Part shown: positions 38,985 to 64,000 of the stretch, one piece after another
Numbering within the stretch: the first letter of the stretch is position 1
Layout: every line of letters begins with the position of its first letter
Origin: the human T2T-CHM13v2.0 reference genome, Homo sapiens
Assembly (NCBI RefSeq): GCF_009914755.1
Contig: NC_060928.1
Length of the DNA stretch: 64,000 nt
Direction: 5' to 3' (one strand)
Program-made: the position numbers and the translations under genes
Notes under the pieces: generated by a model
Seen by the model: only the letters and a program-made list of their open reading frames with translations
Database searches by the model: none
Told to the model about the DNA's origin: nothing

Positions 38985-39969
38985 TGAGCCCTTTCCTCAA
39001 GTTTGGCCAAACATCTCACTCCTCCCTCCTCTCAAGTTCATTCCCACCCTCTCAGTCAGGTCACTGGCAGAAAACTCATGGCACACTTCAGCAATTTGAG
39101 GAGAGTTTAGTAAAGGTGTGGACAGATTCTAGAGGCAGCTGCAAGGAATAATGCAGTACTTCTGAGCTAGTAAGAGAGCGGTTCCTGGAACCTGGAGAGA
39201 GGAAGCTGTATGTAGAGCACCTCTTGACTAAGGTCTTGACAAAGGAAAACAGCTAACTCATGACAACCCTGCAAGAACGGAGCTGAGAGAGAAACACCCC
39301 AATCTTCCTGCCCTTCCCTTTGACCTCCTCAAGTGACACTTCCACCCCCAATATAACTGCTGGAAGCCAGGGGACAAGGACTTCTGTCAATTTCATCCAT
39401 AACGTTTTCTGGCACCAATCAAGGTGGAGAAGGGTGAAGACGAATCTGGAGAGATCTGGAGAGACAAGTAGCACCCCTACTATTAACGTTTTTGTTCAGG
39501 CTGGGATTATCACCTAGATCACCTCATTCCAACTGTCATGTAATCCTCTAGTCTGGTCAAGAATTCCACGTATGACCTACTTTTAAACATAGAAATGCCT
39601 CTCTCCTCAGTTAGCATTTTTATCTGTATCACTCACACTGACAATCTATAAATCTTTTATTAACACTTAAATGTTTCATGTGTATATAAGTACTGATTAT
39701 ATTATTAGCTCTGGGGACCACAGCTTAAGAGTTACAAATCTATTTCCAGCATCTAACGCAGTGTTAAGCACAGACCAGGTGATCAGAATTGTAATCTTCT
39801 CAATTCCTGCCCCTCACTTTTTATCCCACTCCCTACCTGCTCCAGGACAGGCTTACACCTTCACATTATGATGGAAAGAATCATTTAAAATCAGTATTAG
39901 GAAGAACCAGAAGCCTAGATGTTAGGATTTTTTGCATAGTATTTTTGCACGCGTCAATATGTATGTTCC

Positions 39970-40440
39970 TGACATCGGGGCTGTGTAGCATACAAGTGGA
40001 ATGTGGACTTCCATCTGGAGAAATGTCCAGCCCTTCACCTGGGGGATTTTTCTCTCTGTCTGGGTAGCCCTGGCCAGCACAGCAGGCTAGAAGTACTGAG
40101 AAGTTTGTCCTCTCTCCCCTCCCTGAAAGCGGATTTCAACCAGTGACTGAAGGGAGTTGGTGTCTGAAAATCACAGCGGCCTCACCTGCCCGGTGGGGGC
40201 AACTCTGAGGTGCATTCTGCCTGGTTTCTCAGTTTCCCAGGGGAGTGAGCCTGGTCACCCTCCGCGGAATCTGTGTGATAATGTACCCTTCATTGACTTT
40301 CTTCCCTTTCTTTCTTTCTTCCCTCCTCTCCTGCCAGTGCCTTTTGGGATCCTTTTCCAAATGAAATACCCTGACTTAATTATTAATAAATCTAAACCCT
40401 TACGTCTGGGTTTGCTTCTGGGGTAACCCAACCTAAGACA
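39970..40440 (+). mobile_element. LTR16-like ERVL LTR
   Basis: GATTTCAACCAGTGACTGA and TCTGGGTTTGCTTCTGGGGTAACCCAACCTAAGACA end. Confidence 0.65.
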
Positions 40441-40517
40441 GGCAGGTGCTCAGTGCCAGCCTTCTGCCTCAACATGCCACCTGCAGAATAATGGCAGTGG
40501 GAGAATGATGTGATAAT

Positions 40518-40577
40518 CCCACCTGTGAACAGTAATGTTCACCCCACCTGTGAACAGTAACGTTCATCCCACCTGTG
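40518..40577 (+). repeat. 25-bp tandem repeat, 2.4 copies (CCCACCTGTGAACAGTAAYGTTCAY)
   Basis: Seen directly. Confidence 0.9.
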
Positions 40578-40613
40578 GCAGGCATGTACAAGGACATGCT
40601 TTGCTTGATATAA

Positions 40614-40868
<255 letters not shown>

Positions 40869-41089
40869 TGATCTGCCTGCCTCGGCCTCCCAAAGTGCTG
40901 AGATTATAGGCGTGAGCCACCATGCCCGGTTGATTGTCCACTTTTATTGTTCACACTATCTCACAGATTTTCTCCTAATGCTTTATTTCTATAACCATGA
41001 ATCTAACATAAACATACCACATTCTATTGATGACATCTCCCTTTCAAAGCTAATAATTTCTAATATTCAAAAATAATTATACATTTCCT

Positions 41090-42780
41090 ATACTTACTGG
41101 TATATGAGGTTAATTATTCTTTATGAGTGTATAAAAAGGATAATTAAATAGAACTGTGCACTTACCTCTGTGTGCTCCTTTCCAAACACATCTCTCTTTC
41201 TCCCATAGTAAACACTATCTGAATGTGATATTTATTTTTCTCATGTATTTCTTTGTAGTTGTACCCTATTTGCATTTAGTTTGCATGTGTTTGAAATTTA
41301 AATGGACAGAATCATACTGTATGTATCTTTCTCCAATCTGCTTTTCTTATTCTTATTGTATTTGTGAGATTCATCCCTGTTGATACACATGGCTGTGGTT
41401 TCTTCATCTTTCACTGCTACATACTATTTCATCATATGAATATACCATAATTTACTCATCTTGTTGATGGATACTTGGATTACTTCCAAGTTTTTTCAAT
41501 TACAGACAATGCTGCTATGGACACTCGTGTATATGTATAAGGGTACATAGCAAATACAAGAGTTTCTCCAGAAGTGGAATTGCTGGTTTTACAATATGCA
41601 TGACTTCGATGTAACTAAAAAATGCCAAATTGTCTTCCAAGATTGTCATATCAATGCACACTTTTAAGGTAGTTTTCTGAGGACTCCAGTGATCGTACAT
41701 TCTGGCCAAGACTTGGTTTTACCAGACTTCTTAATTTATACCAGTGGTAGACATAAAATAGTATCTTGTGGTTTTAATTTTTCCCTAATCTTGTGATCAT
41801 AATTTGCACTTATCTAGTTATGAATGAGGTTTTAATATGTTTAATATATTTATTACCAATTCAGATCTCCTTTTTGTAAAATCCATGTTCAATTTGTTGG
41901 TCCATTTTTCTATTAGGTTTTTTTTTCCAATTAGTTTTTTTTAGGTGTAATTTTTAAATATTCTGAGTAGTAATCTTCTGTACATTATGTGAGTATTAAA
42001 TATCTTCTTCCAGTTTGTGACTTGTCTTACTTTTTAGTGATATCTTTTGATAATCTTGCTTTCCAATGGTATCTTTTTATTTTTCTTTTTTGAGATGGAG
42101 TCTTGCTTTGTCGCCAAGGCTGGGGTGTAGTGACATGATCTTGGCTCACTGCAACCTTCGCCTCCAGGGTTCAAGCAATTCTCCTTGCCTCAGCCTCCCG
42201 AGTAGCTGGGATTACAGGCACAGGCCACCATGCCTGGCTAATTTTTTTGTATTTTTAGTAGAGACAGGGTTTTACCATGTTGCCCAGGCTGATCTCAAAC
42301 TCCAATGGGAGGTAGCTTTTGATTAGAATGTAATCAAACTGACCGGGTGCGTGGCTCATGCCTATAATCCCAGCACTTTGGGAGGCCGAGGCGGGTGGAT
42401 CACTTGAGGTCAGGAGTTTGAGACCAGCCTAACCAACATGGTGAAACCCCAACAAAAATTAGCTGGGCGTTGTGGCACGCACCTTTATTCCAGCTACTCG
42501 GGAGGCTGAGACACGAGAATGGCTTGAATCCGGGAGGCAGAGGTTGCAGTGCGCTGAGACTGTGCACTGTACTCCAACCTGGGCAACAGAGTGAGACTCT
42601 CTCAAAAAATAAAAATAAAAGAATGTAAACAAACTGATCAGACTTCACCTATTTACCTAGTGGGTTGAGTTTCTTTTATATCTTCTTTGAGAAATATTTC
42701 CTATTTCTGGGACATAACGATATTTTCTTCTAAAATTTTGAATTTTACATTGTATATTTAAATCTTTGGTCTGCCTAGGT
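41090..42780 (-). mobile_element. Old L1M fragment with two Alus (42083-42305 minus, 42341-42620 plus)
   Basis: Reverse L1 3' motifs; Alu TSD AGAATGTAA(T/A)CAAACTGA. Confidence 0.7.
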
Positions 42781-43109
42781 TTTTTATAAAATCAATTTTT
42801 ATCACGTTACCACTTATGCCTACAAAATCTTGATTGAAGATACTTGATAAATATTTTTCCATTTTCTTTTTTCATTCTTTGATTTTCTATTTTAAACAAT
42901 ATTTTAAAAAATACTAATTTCAGGCTAAATGTATCTTTTAGAAGCACTCGACAATGCATTCTTTGTCATTGTTTAGACATTACATAAACTACCAAAAATG
43001 CAAGTGAGCCAACTATTTGTCACAATCAGTGTTCACTTATTGGATGAAGAACTACATTTAGAGTAGAATGAGTTCTGGGTCCATACTGTAGATGTAGAGA
43101 TACTTTAAA

Positions 43110-44557
43110 GTACAATCATAAATCACATAAGGATGTTTTGGTCAACAAAGGACTGCATGTATGGGTGGTGTCATAAGATTATAGTGCAGCTGGCTGGGTG
43201 TGGTGGCTCACGCCTGTAACCCAAGCACTTTGGGAGGCCAAGGTGGGCGGATCACAAGGTCAAGAGATTGAGACCATCCTGACCAACATGGTAAAACTGC
43301 ATCTCTACTAAAAAATACAAAAATTAGCTGGGCGTGGTGGTGCACACCTGTAGTCCCAGCTACTCAGGAGGCTGAGGCAGGAGAATTGCTTGAACCTGGG
43401 AGGCAGAGGTTGCACTGAGCGGAGGTCGTACCACTGCACTCAGCCTGGCAACAGAGTGAGTCTCTGTCTCAAAAAAAAAAAAAAAGATTATAGTGGAGCT
43501 GAAAAATTCCTATCCCTTAGTGACGTCATAGCCATGATAATGTCCTGCACAACGCATTACTCAAGCTCATGTGCATATTGTGATGTTGGTGTAAACAAAC
43601 CTACTGTGTTGCCAGTGGTATAAAAGTATAGCAGATACAATTATGTATATTCTATAATACTTGATAAGAAATGACTATGTTACTGGTTTATTTACTATAC
43701 TTTTTATTGCTATTTTAGAGTATACTCCTACTTATTTCAAAAAAAGTTAACCATAAAACAGCCTGGGGCAGGTCCTCCAGGAGGTATTCCAGAAGAAGGT
43801 ATTGTTATCATAGAGATGACAACTCCATGTGGGTTATTGCCCCGGAAGACTTTCCCAGTGGGGCAAGATGTGGAGATGAAGACAGTGATATTGACGATCC
43901 TGACACTGTGTAGTCCTAGGCTAATGTGTGCTTGTGTCTTCGTTTTTAACCAACAGTTTAAAAAGAAAAGAAAAGAATAAAAAAGCTTAAAGAATACAGA
44001 TACAAAGAAAGAAAATATTTTTGAATGGCTGTACAGTGTGTTCTAAAGTTTATAAAGTTTATAAAGTAAAATAATTACAGTAAGCTAGGGTTGGTTTATT
44101 ACCAGAGAAAGAATAAATATTTGAATAAATAAATATATTTTATTTATAGTGTAGCCTGACTGTACAGTGTTTGTAAAGTCTACATAGTGTACAGTAATGT
44201 CCTAGGCCTTCACATTCACTCACCACTCACTCCCTGACTCACCCAGAGCAACTTCCAGTCCTGCATGCTCCATTGAGGGTAAGTGCCCTATACAAGTATC
44301 ATTTTTTATCTTTTATACCGTATTTTTAGTGTACCTTTCCTACGTTTAGGTACACAAATACCACCGTATTCTAGTTGCCTACAGTATTCAGTCCAGTAAC
44401 ATGCCATGTGGGTTTGTAGCCTAGGAGCAGTAGGCTAGACCATATAGCCTAGGTGTGTAGTAGGCTATACCATCTAGGCTTGTATAAGCACATTCCCTGA
44501 TGTTCACAAGACAAAGTGATGCATTTCTCAGAATCTTGTTAAGTAACACATGGCTGT
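43110..44557 (-). mobile_element. Tigger3b-like element interrupted by an Alu (43192-43485)
   Basis: Reverse complement of the element at 1688-2934; Alu TSD AAGATTATAGTG(C/G)AGCT. Confidence 0.75.
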
Positions 44558-44889
44558 ATTTGAGGTGCCAAATGAAGAAAGTATAAAAATATCCCTTTGT
44601 CATCATTTGAGATGAATTGAATAAACTACACTTTGGGGGGCAGGGTGGAGAAAAAGCATAATTGTTATCATTTAATCGTCACCTAGCATGATCTCTATAG
44701 CTAATCAAGCATTGAAAATTATCCTCTATATTTCATATTTAAATATGACCTGCTGAATTGAATATGGAGAGGTGTGATAAAATGCAGAATATCTCTCAAA
44801 CCCTATCAGCTCCTAATACAACCCGAGGGGTAAACAGGACCTTTCAATGACTTGGCACCAGAAGGATTAGGCCAAAACACAAGTCTTTG

Positions 44890-45060
44890 GGATGAGAGCG
44901 GAGAGGTTGCGGGCCGCGGGGCGGGTCGGTGGGGAGGAGGGTGCGGGGGAAGGGGGAATCGAAGGCGCCATTGGAAACGTTGTAAAATGCTTGGAGCGCC
45001 CTCTGCTGGAATATATTGGTAAAACAGCAGTAGTGACGAAGCGCTCTGCCTCCAAGTTGG
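44890..45060. promoter_or_regulatory. Small GC/CpG-rich patch with GC box and G-runs; possible secondary promoter
   Basis: GCGGGCCGCGGGGCGGGTCGGTGGGGAGGAGGGTGCGGGGGAAGGGGG; retained CpGs; plus-strand donor AAA|GTAAGC after 45106. Confidence 0.55.
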
Positions 45061-45231
45061 TAGAAATAGAAACCAAAAAAAGCGAATGAAATGGCTCTTT
45101 CTTAAAGTAAGCCTTGACACGAGGTTCAAACAACAGTAGCCTTTCTTCTAGAGTTTTATGTAAGATTTGTCACTTTTCCTTCTACCTTAAAATATCTGCC
45201 TTATACCAGGAAAAAGTATGAATTTGATTTC

Positions 45232-47560
<2,329 letters not shown>

Positions 47561-49291
47561 AGTTCTATATCTGTTCTTTTTAATAATGTAGTTATTGGTC
47601 ACATGTGACTATTGAGCACTTGAAATGGGCCTAGTTTAACACTGAGAAAGAAAATTGTTAATTTTATTTAATACAAATTGTCATATGTGGCTAGTAGCTA
47701 CCAAAATGGACAGGAGAAAAGTAAAGTTATCATTGGAAAAATAAAAAATGTATTGGACTTATTTGTATTTATTTTAATGAAAGCTTAATATTATTTTGAT
47801 CTGGAAATACATATGATAGAAGGAATCATGACTTTTCAGTGCTCAAGCATCCATAATTTTTACCCTGGTCCTGTATAAATTGGCTCCATGAGATAATGTA
47901 ATTTTTCATGCTATCTGCCTATATTTTATCATTAAGTTATTGTGAACTGTAACAATTAGCAGTCAAATTTACCATTCCATTTGGTCTCTCTAGTGACTTT
48001 TTTTCCACGTAAATATTGTTTCGAGACACCTATTTTAAATTCAACACATTCTATTATATTTTTTAAAAATGCAGATTCCCCAGAGCTCTGGATTCTTTTG
48101 TCTTCAATACAATATATACCTTTTTCGCACTCAGTAAGGTTCTTCTCTAAGTAGTAGTGTTCAATAAATATTTGTGATTAAATATGTGAAATTTAACTTA
48201 TTTTAAGATAAGTGGAGAGTATAGTAGATAGAAGAGTTCCTTCAAAAGACACTCTAGCGTTTCTTTAAAAGCCTGGAAGATATAGTAGGTGCGCAGTAAA
48301 TATTTGTTTGCTTGATGAATGAATAAAGTTGTGACTCTTTAAAGACATTCAAGTGGGAAATGGAGCAGGGCTTGGAAAGGAGACCCCAGGGAGAGGCTCC
48401 AGTGCGCCTGTTAAGAATCTGACTCCATCTGATGTGTAATACAGACTTGGCAGGAGCAAAGCTCCGTTATTTCCCAGTACCTCTCTCCAAGCTTGGCTGT
48501 TTATTGAATCATAAGAATTAAGGAACATGCGCACTTCTAATAAGTGAAAAGTTCAGTAGTTCCTCTCTGCTTGATAATAGATCAGAGAAAAGGTGATGAG
48601 GTGGATAAGGCCAAGCTTTACCTCTGGGTACCTTTTTCTCAGTTCCCTTTCACCCTCCTTCAAATAATCCAGAACATATGCAAGAGGCAGCAGGTGTTTC
48701 AGCAGTACTAACAATACATCCTCAGAGGATGAATTTATGAGAACCTTGGGCTGAAACTACCTACATGGCTTCTTCAAGGTAAGATTTATTTGAGAAACAT
48801 GGTTTGTAAAACCTCCTTGCCAGGTTAGTATTATTATTTACAGTAATTCTAAAAATAAAGTAAAAAGAGAAAACCCCATCAGGTCCAGTGCTACTTCTCA
48901 ATCATCAGCCTCCAGATTCTTCCCTCTTTTTCCCATCCCCTTTTCATAGGAATTTCATCCAAGAACAAACCTTTGAGTTTCTATGATCTTAACCCCCTCA
49001 TCTGGTAGGCACTGATGGAATTTTAAATGTTTGCTCAAAGTCCTAATAATTTACTATCTGATATTCCACATAAATGAATCATGATGGTTTCTTTTCCCCA
49101 CAGCACTTTGAGAACACTTCCTCCAGCCAGCTTGGAGAAGGAAAAGATACATGCTGCCCCTAAAAGCAGCACCCAGGGCTTCTGTCTTCTAATACCATAG
49201 ACAAAAAAGTTTCTGTCTTCTACTTCACAGTCTTATTGCAATGTTAGATTAAGGAATCGTTAGATAATCAAACCAAGGCAACATAGCTCAC

Positions 49292-49560
49292 CTGGGCTTT
49301 AGGTTGTAGAGGCATTTACATCAGCTTCTTCTGAAAATGACAGCATCTAAAGAGGAATTACCAGAAAAACACTGGCAGCACTGTCTTCCAAACACCACTT
49401 TGTACTTAGAAAGTACTTTTTCCATTTGTTGCTCTTTATAGTCTTCTTTCATTTATTTGTCCAGTTGTTAGGCTCTTCAGTAGCTTCAGTTGTTCCAGTT
49501 CACAAGGTCCTCATTACAGCATGAGTTATCTTTTTGTTTACTCTGCTTGCTTCTGTGTTA
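49292..49560 (-). other. Possible distal alternative first exon of KLHL8 (5' end uncertain)
   Basis: Strong minus-strand donor CAG|GTGAGC after 49292; I recall a KLHL8 isoform starting about 20 kb upstream but cannot verify it. Confidence 0.3.
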
Positions 49561-50149
49561 GGAATAAATGAGCTGAAACAAAATCATCCAGGAAACACAT
49601 ATCCTGGATCACGTGTCCCTGACAACCTTCTGTGTCTCTCCAGGGTGCTCTGAAGCTGAATTGTTTAAAGGGTTATAGGTTCTCTGAGATAATTAAATCA
49701 AAGGTGGTTTAATGGTAAAAATTCATATTAATTGTGTTCTCCCATTATTTCCTCTCATAGACTGAAATAGCCCTTAAGCAGGAAGTCTTATGTAAGACTC
49801 ACAGATAACAATCCATAACTGTTCAAAAAAGAAAAGCATGCCCTTGTTTTTAAATGGCTAATGTTTTCAAAAATTTCTCTTCCAGAAATTTCCCTGAATC
49901 CATTAATCAAAATGATAATAGTATACACATATATTCTTTTTTCTATTTTTTTGCTTTCTGATCTATGTCTGAATTAGTATACAAATTTATTTATTATAGC
50001 TTTACTTTTTTTTCTCTTTCCTCTGCCAACAGCCAATGTATACAGTAGCAATAAGTTTTTAGATAAATCTGTGTGACTCTTTCCTCAGGTATAGCCCTGT
50101 ACTTAAGAGACATTCAGTAATTACTGGTCAAAAAAGGAATCATATTACC

Positions 50150-58690
<8,541 letters not shown>

Positions 58691-58831
58691 TCACCAACAT
58701 TTTAAAACTTTGGAGGTAGCTAATAAAAATATCTAATATTTTATGGCACTTATGTGCCAGGCTGTGTTCAAAATCAATCAGATTTTAACCCATTTACACC
58801 TCACTACAAGTTTATGACATACTGTAGTTCT

Positions 58832-59440
58832 ACTGAAACTGAGCCAATAGTCCCATAGACTGTTCTCTTGGATAAACAAAGAAATTGGCCTTTCTCGTTT
58901 TACAACTTGAAACTTACATTTATTTTATCTAAGTTCCTTTCTCAGGAAAGGACCTTCAGACCTCTCAAAAAAAATAATAAAAATAAAACTATCAAAAAGC
59001 TGAAATTCACAGGCCAGGTGTGGTGGCTCATGCCTGTAATCCCAGCACTTTGGGAGGCCGAGGTGGGTGGATCATGAGGTCAGGAAATAGAGACCATCCT
59101 GGCTAACACAGTGAAACCCCAACTCTACTAAAAAGAAAAAAAAAAAAAAAACCTTGAAATTCACCATATCACTGCATCAGATGCGAGACCCCTCATTCAT
59201 CATGATTGCCTTCTCGTCCCTCCCTAGTTTCTGTTTTCTTCCACATTGTTACATTTCTTCCTTGCTGTGTAAATCCCTGGTTTTACTCTATCAGACAGAT
59301 GGATTTGAGACTGATCTCCCATCTCCTCAGCTGCAGCGTCCTATTAAAGCCTCCTCCCTTCTCAATACTTGTCGTCTCAGTGACTGGCTTTCTGTTCAGC
59401 AAGCAGCAAGACCTAGACCAAACCCTGGTGTTTTGGTAAT
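58832..59440 (+). mobile_element. ERV1 MER4-group solo LTR with Alu fragment (59011-59151)
   Basis: GAAACTGAGCCAATAGTCCCATAGA start, ATTAAAGCC signal, CTAGACCAAACCCTGGTGTTTTGGTAA end. Confidence 0.6.
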
Positions 59441-59687
59441 ACTATTACTATACCTATTTTTCAGAGGAGGAAACCTGAACTCAGAGAGGTTGAGCAACTT
59501 GCATAAGGTTACAAAAGTAAGGGACAGAGTTGGGATTCACATCCAAGTGTTCTGATACAAAAGTCCATCGAACCAATACATTATTTAGTTTGTCACTGTG
59601 ACTGTGTAGCAAAGGCCAAAAGAATGATAAACGGAAAAAAAAGTATATATATATATATATATATTTTTAATTATTATTATTTTTTAA

Positions 59688-59846
<159 letters not shown>

Positions 59847-61449
59847 TAGTAGAGACAGAGTTTCGCCATATTGGCCAGGCTGGTCTTGAACTCCTGGGCT
59901 CAAGCGATCTGCCCACTTCAGCCTCTCAAACTGCTGGAATTACTGGTGTGAGACCCTGCATCCAGACAGCAAATAATTTAAAAGATAATTCATTTTCAAA
60001 TGAATTATTGTGCCTTCTGGAGGATATTGGAAAATCTTATCTTTAAAAACAGGAGAGTAAAACAATTTATAATTAATTTTCCTGGGTTAAAAAAGGTATT
60101 TGCTGGCATTTACATTTCAGCATGCAAATCCCAAAGCTTCCATATTAATTCTTTTTGAAAGGTGGATTTTATTAAATCTCTGCATTTCTATCTGCAGTGC
60201 TCAATCACATTAGAAATATTCATTTTATTTTGAAGTAGAAGCTGGACGAAACAGGATGGGGCACTTGGCTCTGATAATTCACCGGGGCTGAGTTCCTTTG
60301 AATGCTGCCAACTCAAGCAGACTCAGCGAGAATGGCTGCAAACAGTAGGATTCAGTTCATACTGGCAAGTTTGGCCGGGCTCCACTTTGTCACTGCACAG
60401 AGGGGAGCACTTCAGAGCAAGTGAAGACTATTTTCTGCCACGCCAAGATTAATCTGCTATGTGCTCACTCATGTTAAATTTCTAGAATTTTGAAGAGAAG
60501 GCTGTTTCTTGTCCCAAAGACGGCTGTTTAGTAGGAAATGTCTAGTTCCAATGTAGTTATTGAATATCTTGAGAATAGGAAAATCTTCATGTAAAGTCAT
60601 AACTGAGGGACCACATGGTTCAGGGCAGTGACTATGTGCTGGAGACAGCAATAACTCTGCTTGTTTCCACTCTTGCCCACTATAATCCATTTCCATACAG
60701 TGGCCGGAATGAGCATAAGGCTAGAAAAAACCTAAAATCATAATATTTCACTTTTCTAATTGCTTTCCATTGCACTTGACACCCAAAGTCCTTACAGTGG
60801 GCTATAAAGGCCTACAAAATCTGACCCCTGGCTATATATCTGACCCTGATCTCCTACTTCTAGTTTTTTTAAACAACAAATTGCAAAGAAAGAAAGAGTT
60901 GGAGAGAGAGCTATAGGTTTAAAGAAACTTAAGAGATCTTTGTAGATCTCTTTTTCCCGCATGCTATGTGTGGGTCCTGTTGGCTTCTTAATTGAACAAA
61001 ACAACTATAAAAATATAAAGCAATTAGAGTAACTTGAATATGGATTGTATATTGGTATTAATTATTATTAATTTTTAGGTGTAATAATGGTAAGGTAATT
61101 AGCATATTTTAGACAGTCCTTATCTTTTAGAGATTTTTGCCAAAATACTAAAATGCAGATGAAAGAATACGATATTTGGGATTTGCTTCAAAATACTCTA
61201 GTGGGTAGAGGAAGAAGTGGGGAGGTATAAATGAAACAGGATTGGCTATGAGAAGATAGTTATTGAAGATGGAAGGTAAGCTTATTATACTATTTATACT
61301 GGGAGTTTATTATACTGTTCTCTCTACCTCCCCTTGAGTCTTTGACAGGACTTTGCCGAAATAAGAAATCATTTGGGTAATTGCCTCTGGAAGAACTCAC
61401 TAAGAGAACAAAGTCAGTTTGCACAATGGGGAAGAATCTTTGAATTTAA

Positions 61450-63040
<1,591 letters not shown>

Positions 63041-63120
63041 AAAATATACTTTTAAAGGCCCAGTGTGAAGAAACTTGCTGTGTTCAGAAACAAAAAAAGG
63101 CATTTGTGGCTGAAATTTAG

Positions 63121-63562
63121 TGTGAAAGCTGATCAAAAGAATTGTGTAATTCTTGTCATACCCAACTTAATCAGAGTCCAGAGGGAGAAAGCACTCAAGG
63201 CACAGACCGACAGTTCTAAAAACTGAATTTTCTGCAAGCCCAGCCTGCTGTAACCCCAAGACCAATTTTACCTAGTAACTGCTGAAGCAACCTGCCTTGA
63301 CTCTAAGACTGGTTTTACCTACCACTGTTACTCCCCATCCAGGGCTTGCCAGCTCCCAAAAGTTTCTGTAGTGCTAATGAGGTTTCTTTCAAAACAATAC
63401 ATATCATTTCTCTTTCTAATAAAATTCCCAACCTTCTCTTGCTTCTTCCAACGTACCAAAGACAACACCAGCCTGAGTTTATGCCCGGAATGGCAATTCT
63501 GTGATTTCCAAATAAAGCATTTAATAGAGAGATCTATCTCTATATTTTATTTGACTTTGACA
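63121..63562 (+). mobile_element. ERV1-type solo LTR inserted in an L2-like sequence
   Basis: TGTGAAAG start, AATAAA signals, TTTGACTTTGACA end. Confidence 0.55.
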
Positions 63563-64000
63563 ATGACAGAGTGGGGGAGAAGTTGGAAAGGGGATCAGAC
63601 ATATGTATCCAGGGGCCAGATCCTATTGGGCTTTATAGGCCATTGTAAAGGATTTTGTTTTAAGTGCAGTAGAAAGCCATTAGGAAAGCAAAAATATAAT
63701 CTTTTTTTCTAGCCTAATTTTCATTCTCTATGTGATGTAGATGGATTGTAGTGGGGGCAAGAGTATATGAGTATATATTTGGATTTGCATGGACAATGTC
63801 TCTTCTCAATGGGGCTCACCCTGGATTCCCTGTTTAATATTGCACCCATTCATCTTGCACTGCCAGGCCCTCTTCCCTGTTTTACTTGGTTTTCCAAAGT
63901 ACGTAGCACCTTCTAGTATACTACATAACTTACATACTTTGTTGCCTTTCTTTCTCCTGGTAGAATATAAACTCTATAAGAACAAGGATCTTTGTCTCTT

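Noticed and set aside
40518-40577. Palindromic repeats superficially like CRISPR
   Set aside because: No spacers, eukaryotic DNA, simple tandem duplication; the same applies to the LTR12 units at 56805-56972
48349-48534. Minus-strand ORF MFLNSYDSINSQAWREVL as an exon
   Set aside because: Better explained as the antisense shadow of the plus-strand RGS-like exon relic

Overview
Primate (human-like), Alu- and L1-rich genomic DNA containing the 5' end of KLHL8 on the minus strand: non-coding exon 1 in a CpG island near 29.5 kb and first coding exon 4382-4748 (MASDSMSSKQ...BTB start). A full-length processed GAPDH pseudogene lies antisense in intron 1. Reading the non-repeat islands by hand shows what look like two decayed multi-exon genes that diverge from the KLHL8 CpG island. 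(1) A minus-strand relic nested in KLHL8 intron 1 (about 18.1-29.5 kb). Its spliced exons give a UPF1/DNA2-type (SF1B) helicase C-terminal-like region followed by tandem RPA70/RADX-like OB folds, and it apparently shares KLHL8 exon 1. (2) A plus-strand relic (about 29.8 to at least 60.4 kb) with RGS22/RGSL1-like RGS-box motifs. Both candidate starts read GTG in strong Kozak context. Family assignments are by-eye motif matches and need profile searches. Other observations: three uORFs in KLHL8 exon 2, three local templated duplications, a solo LTR12 and several small structural oddities. Repeat family names are from recognition, not from a RepeatMasker run.
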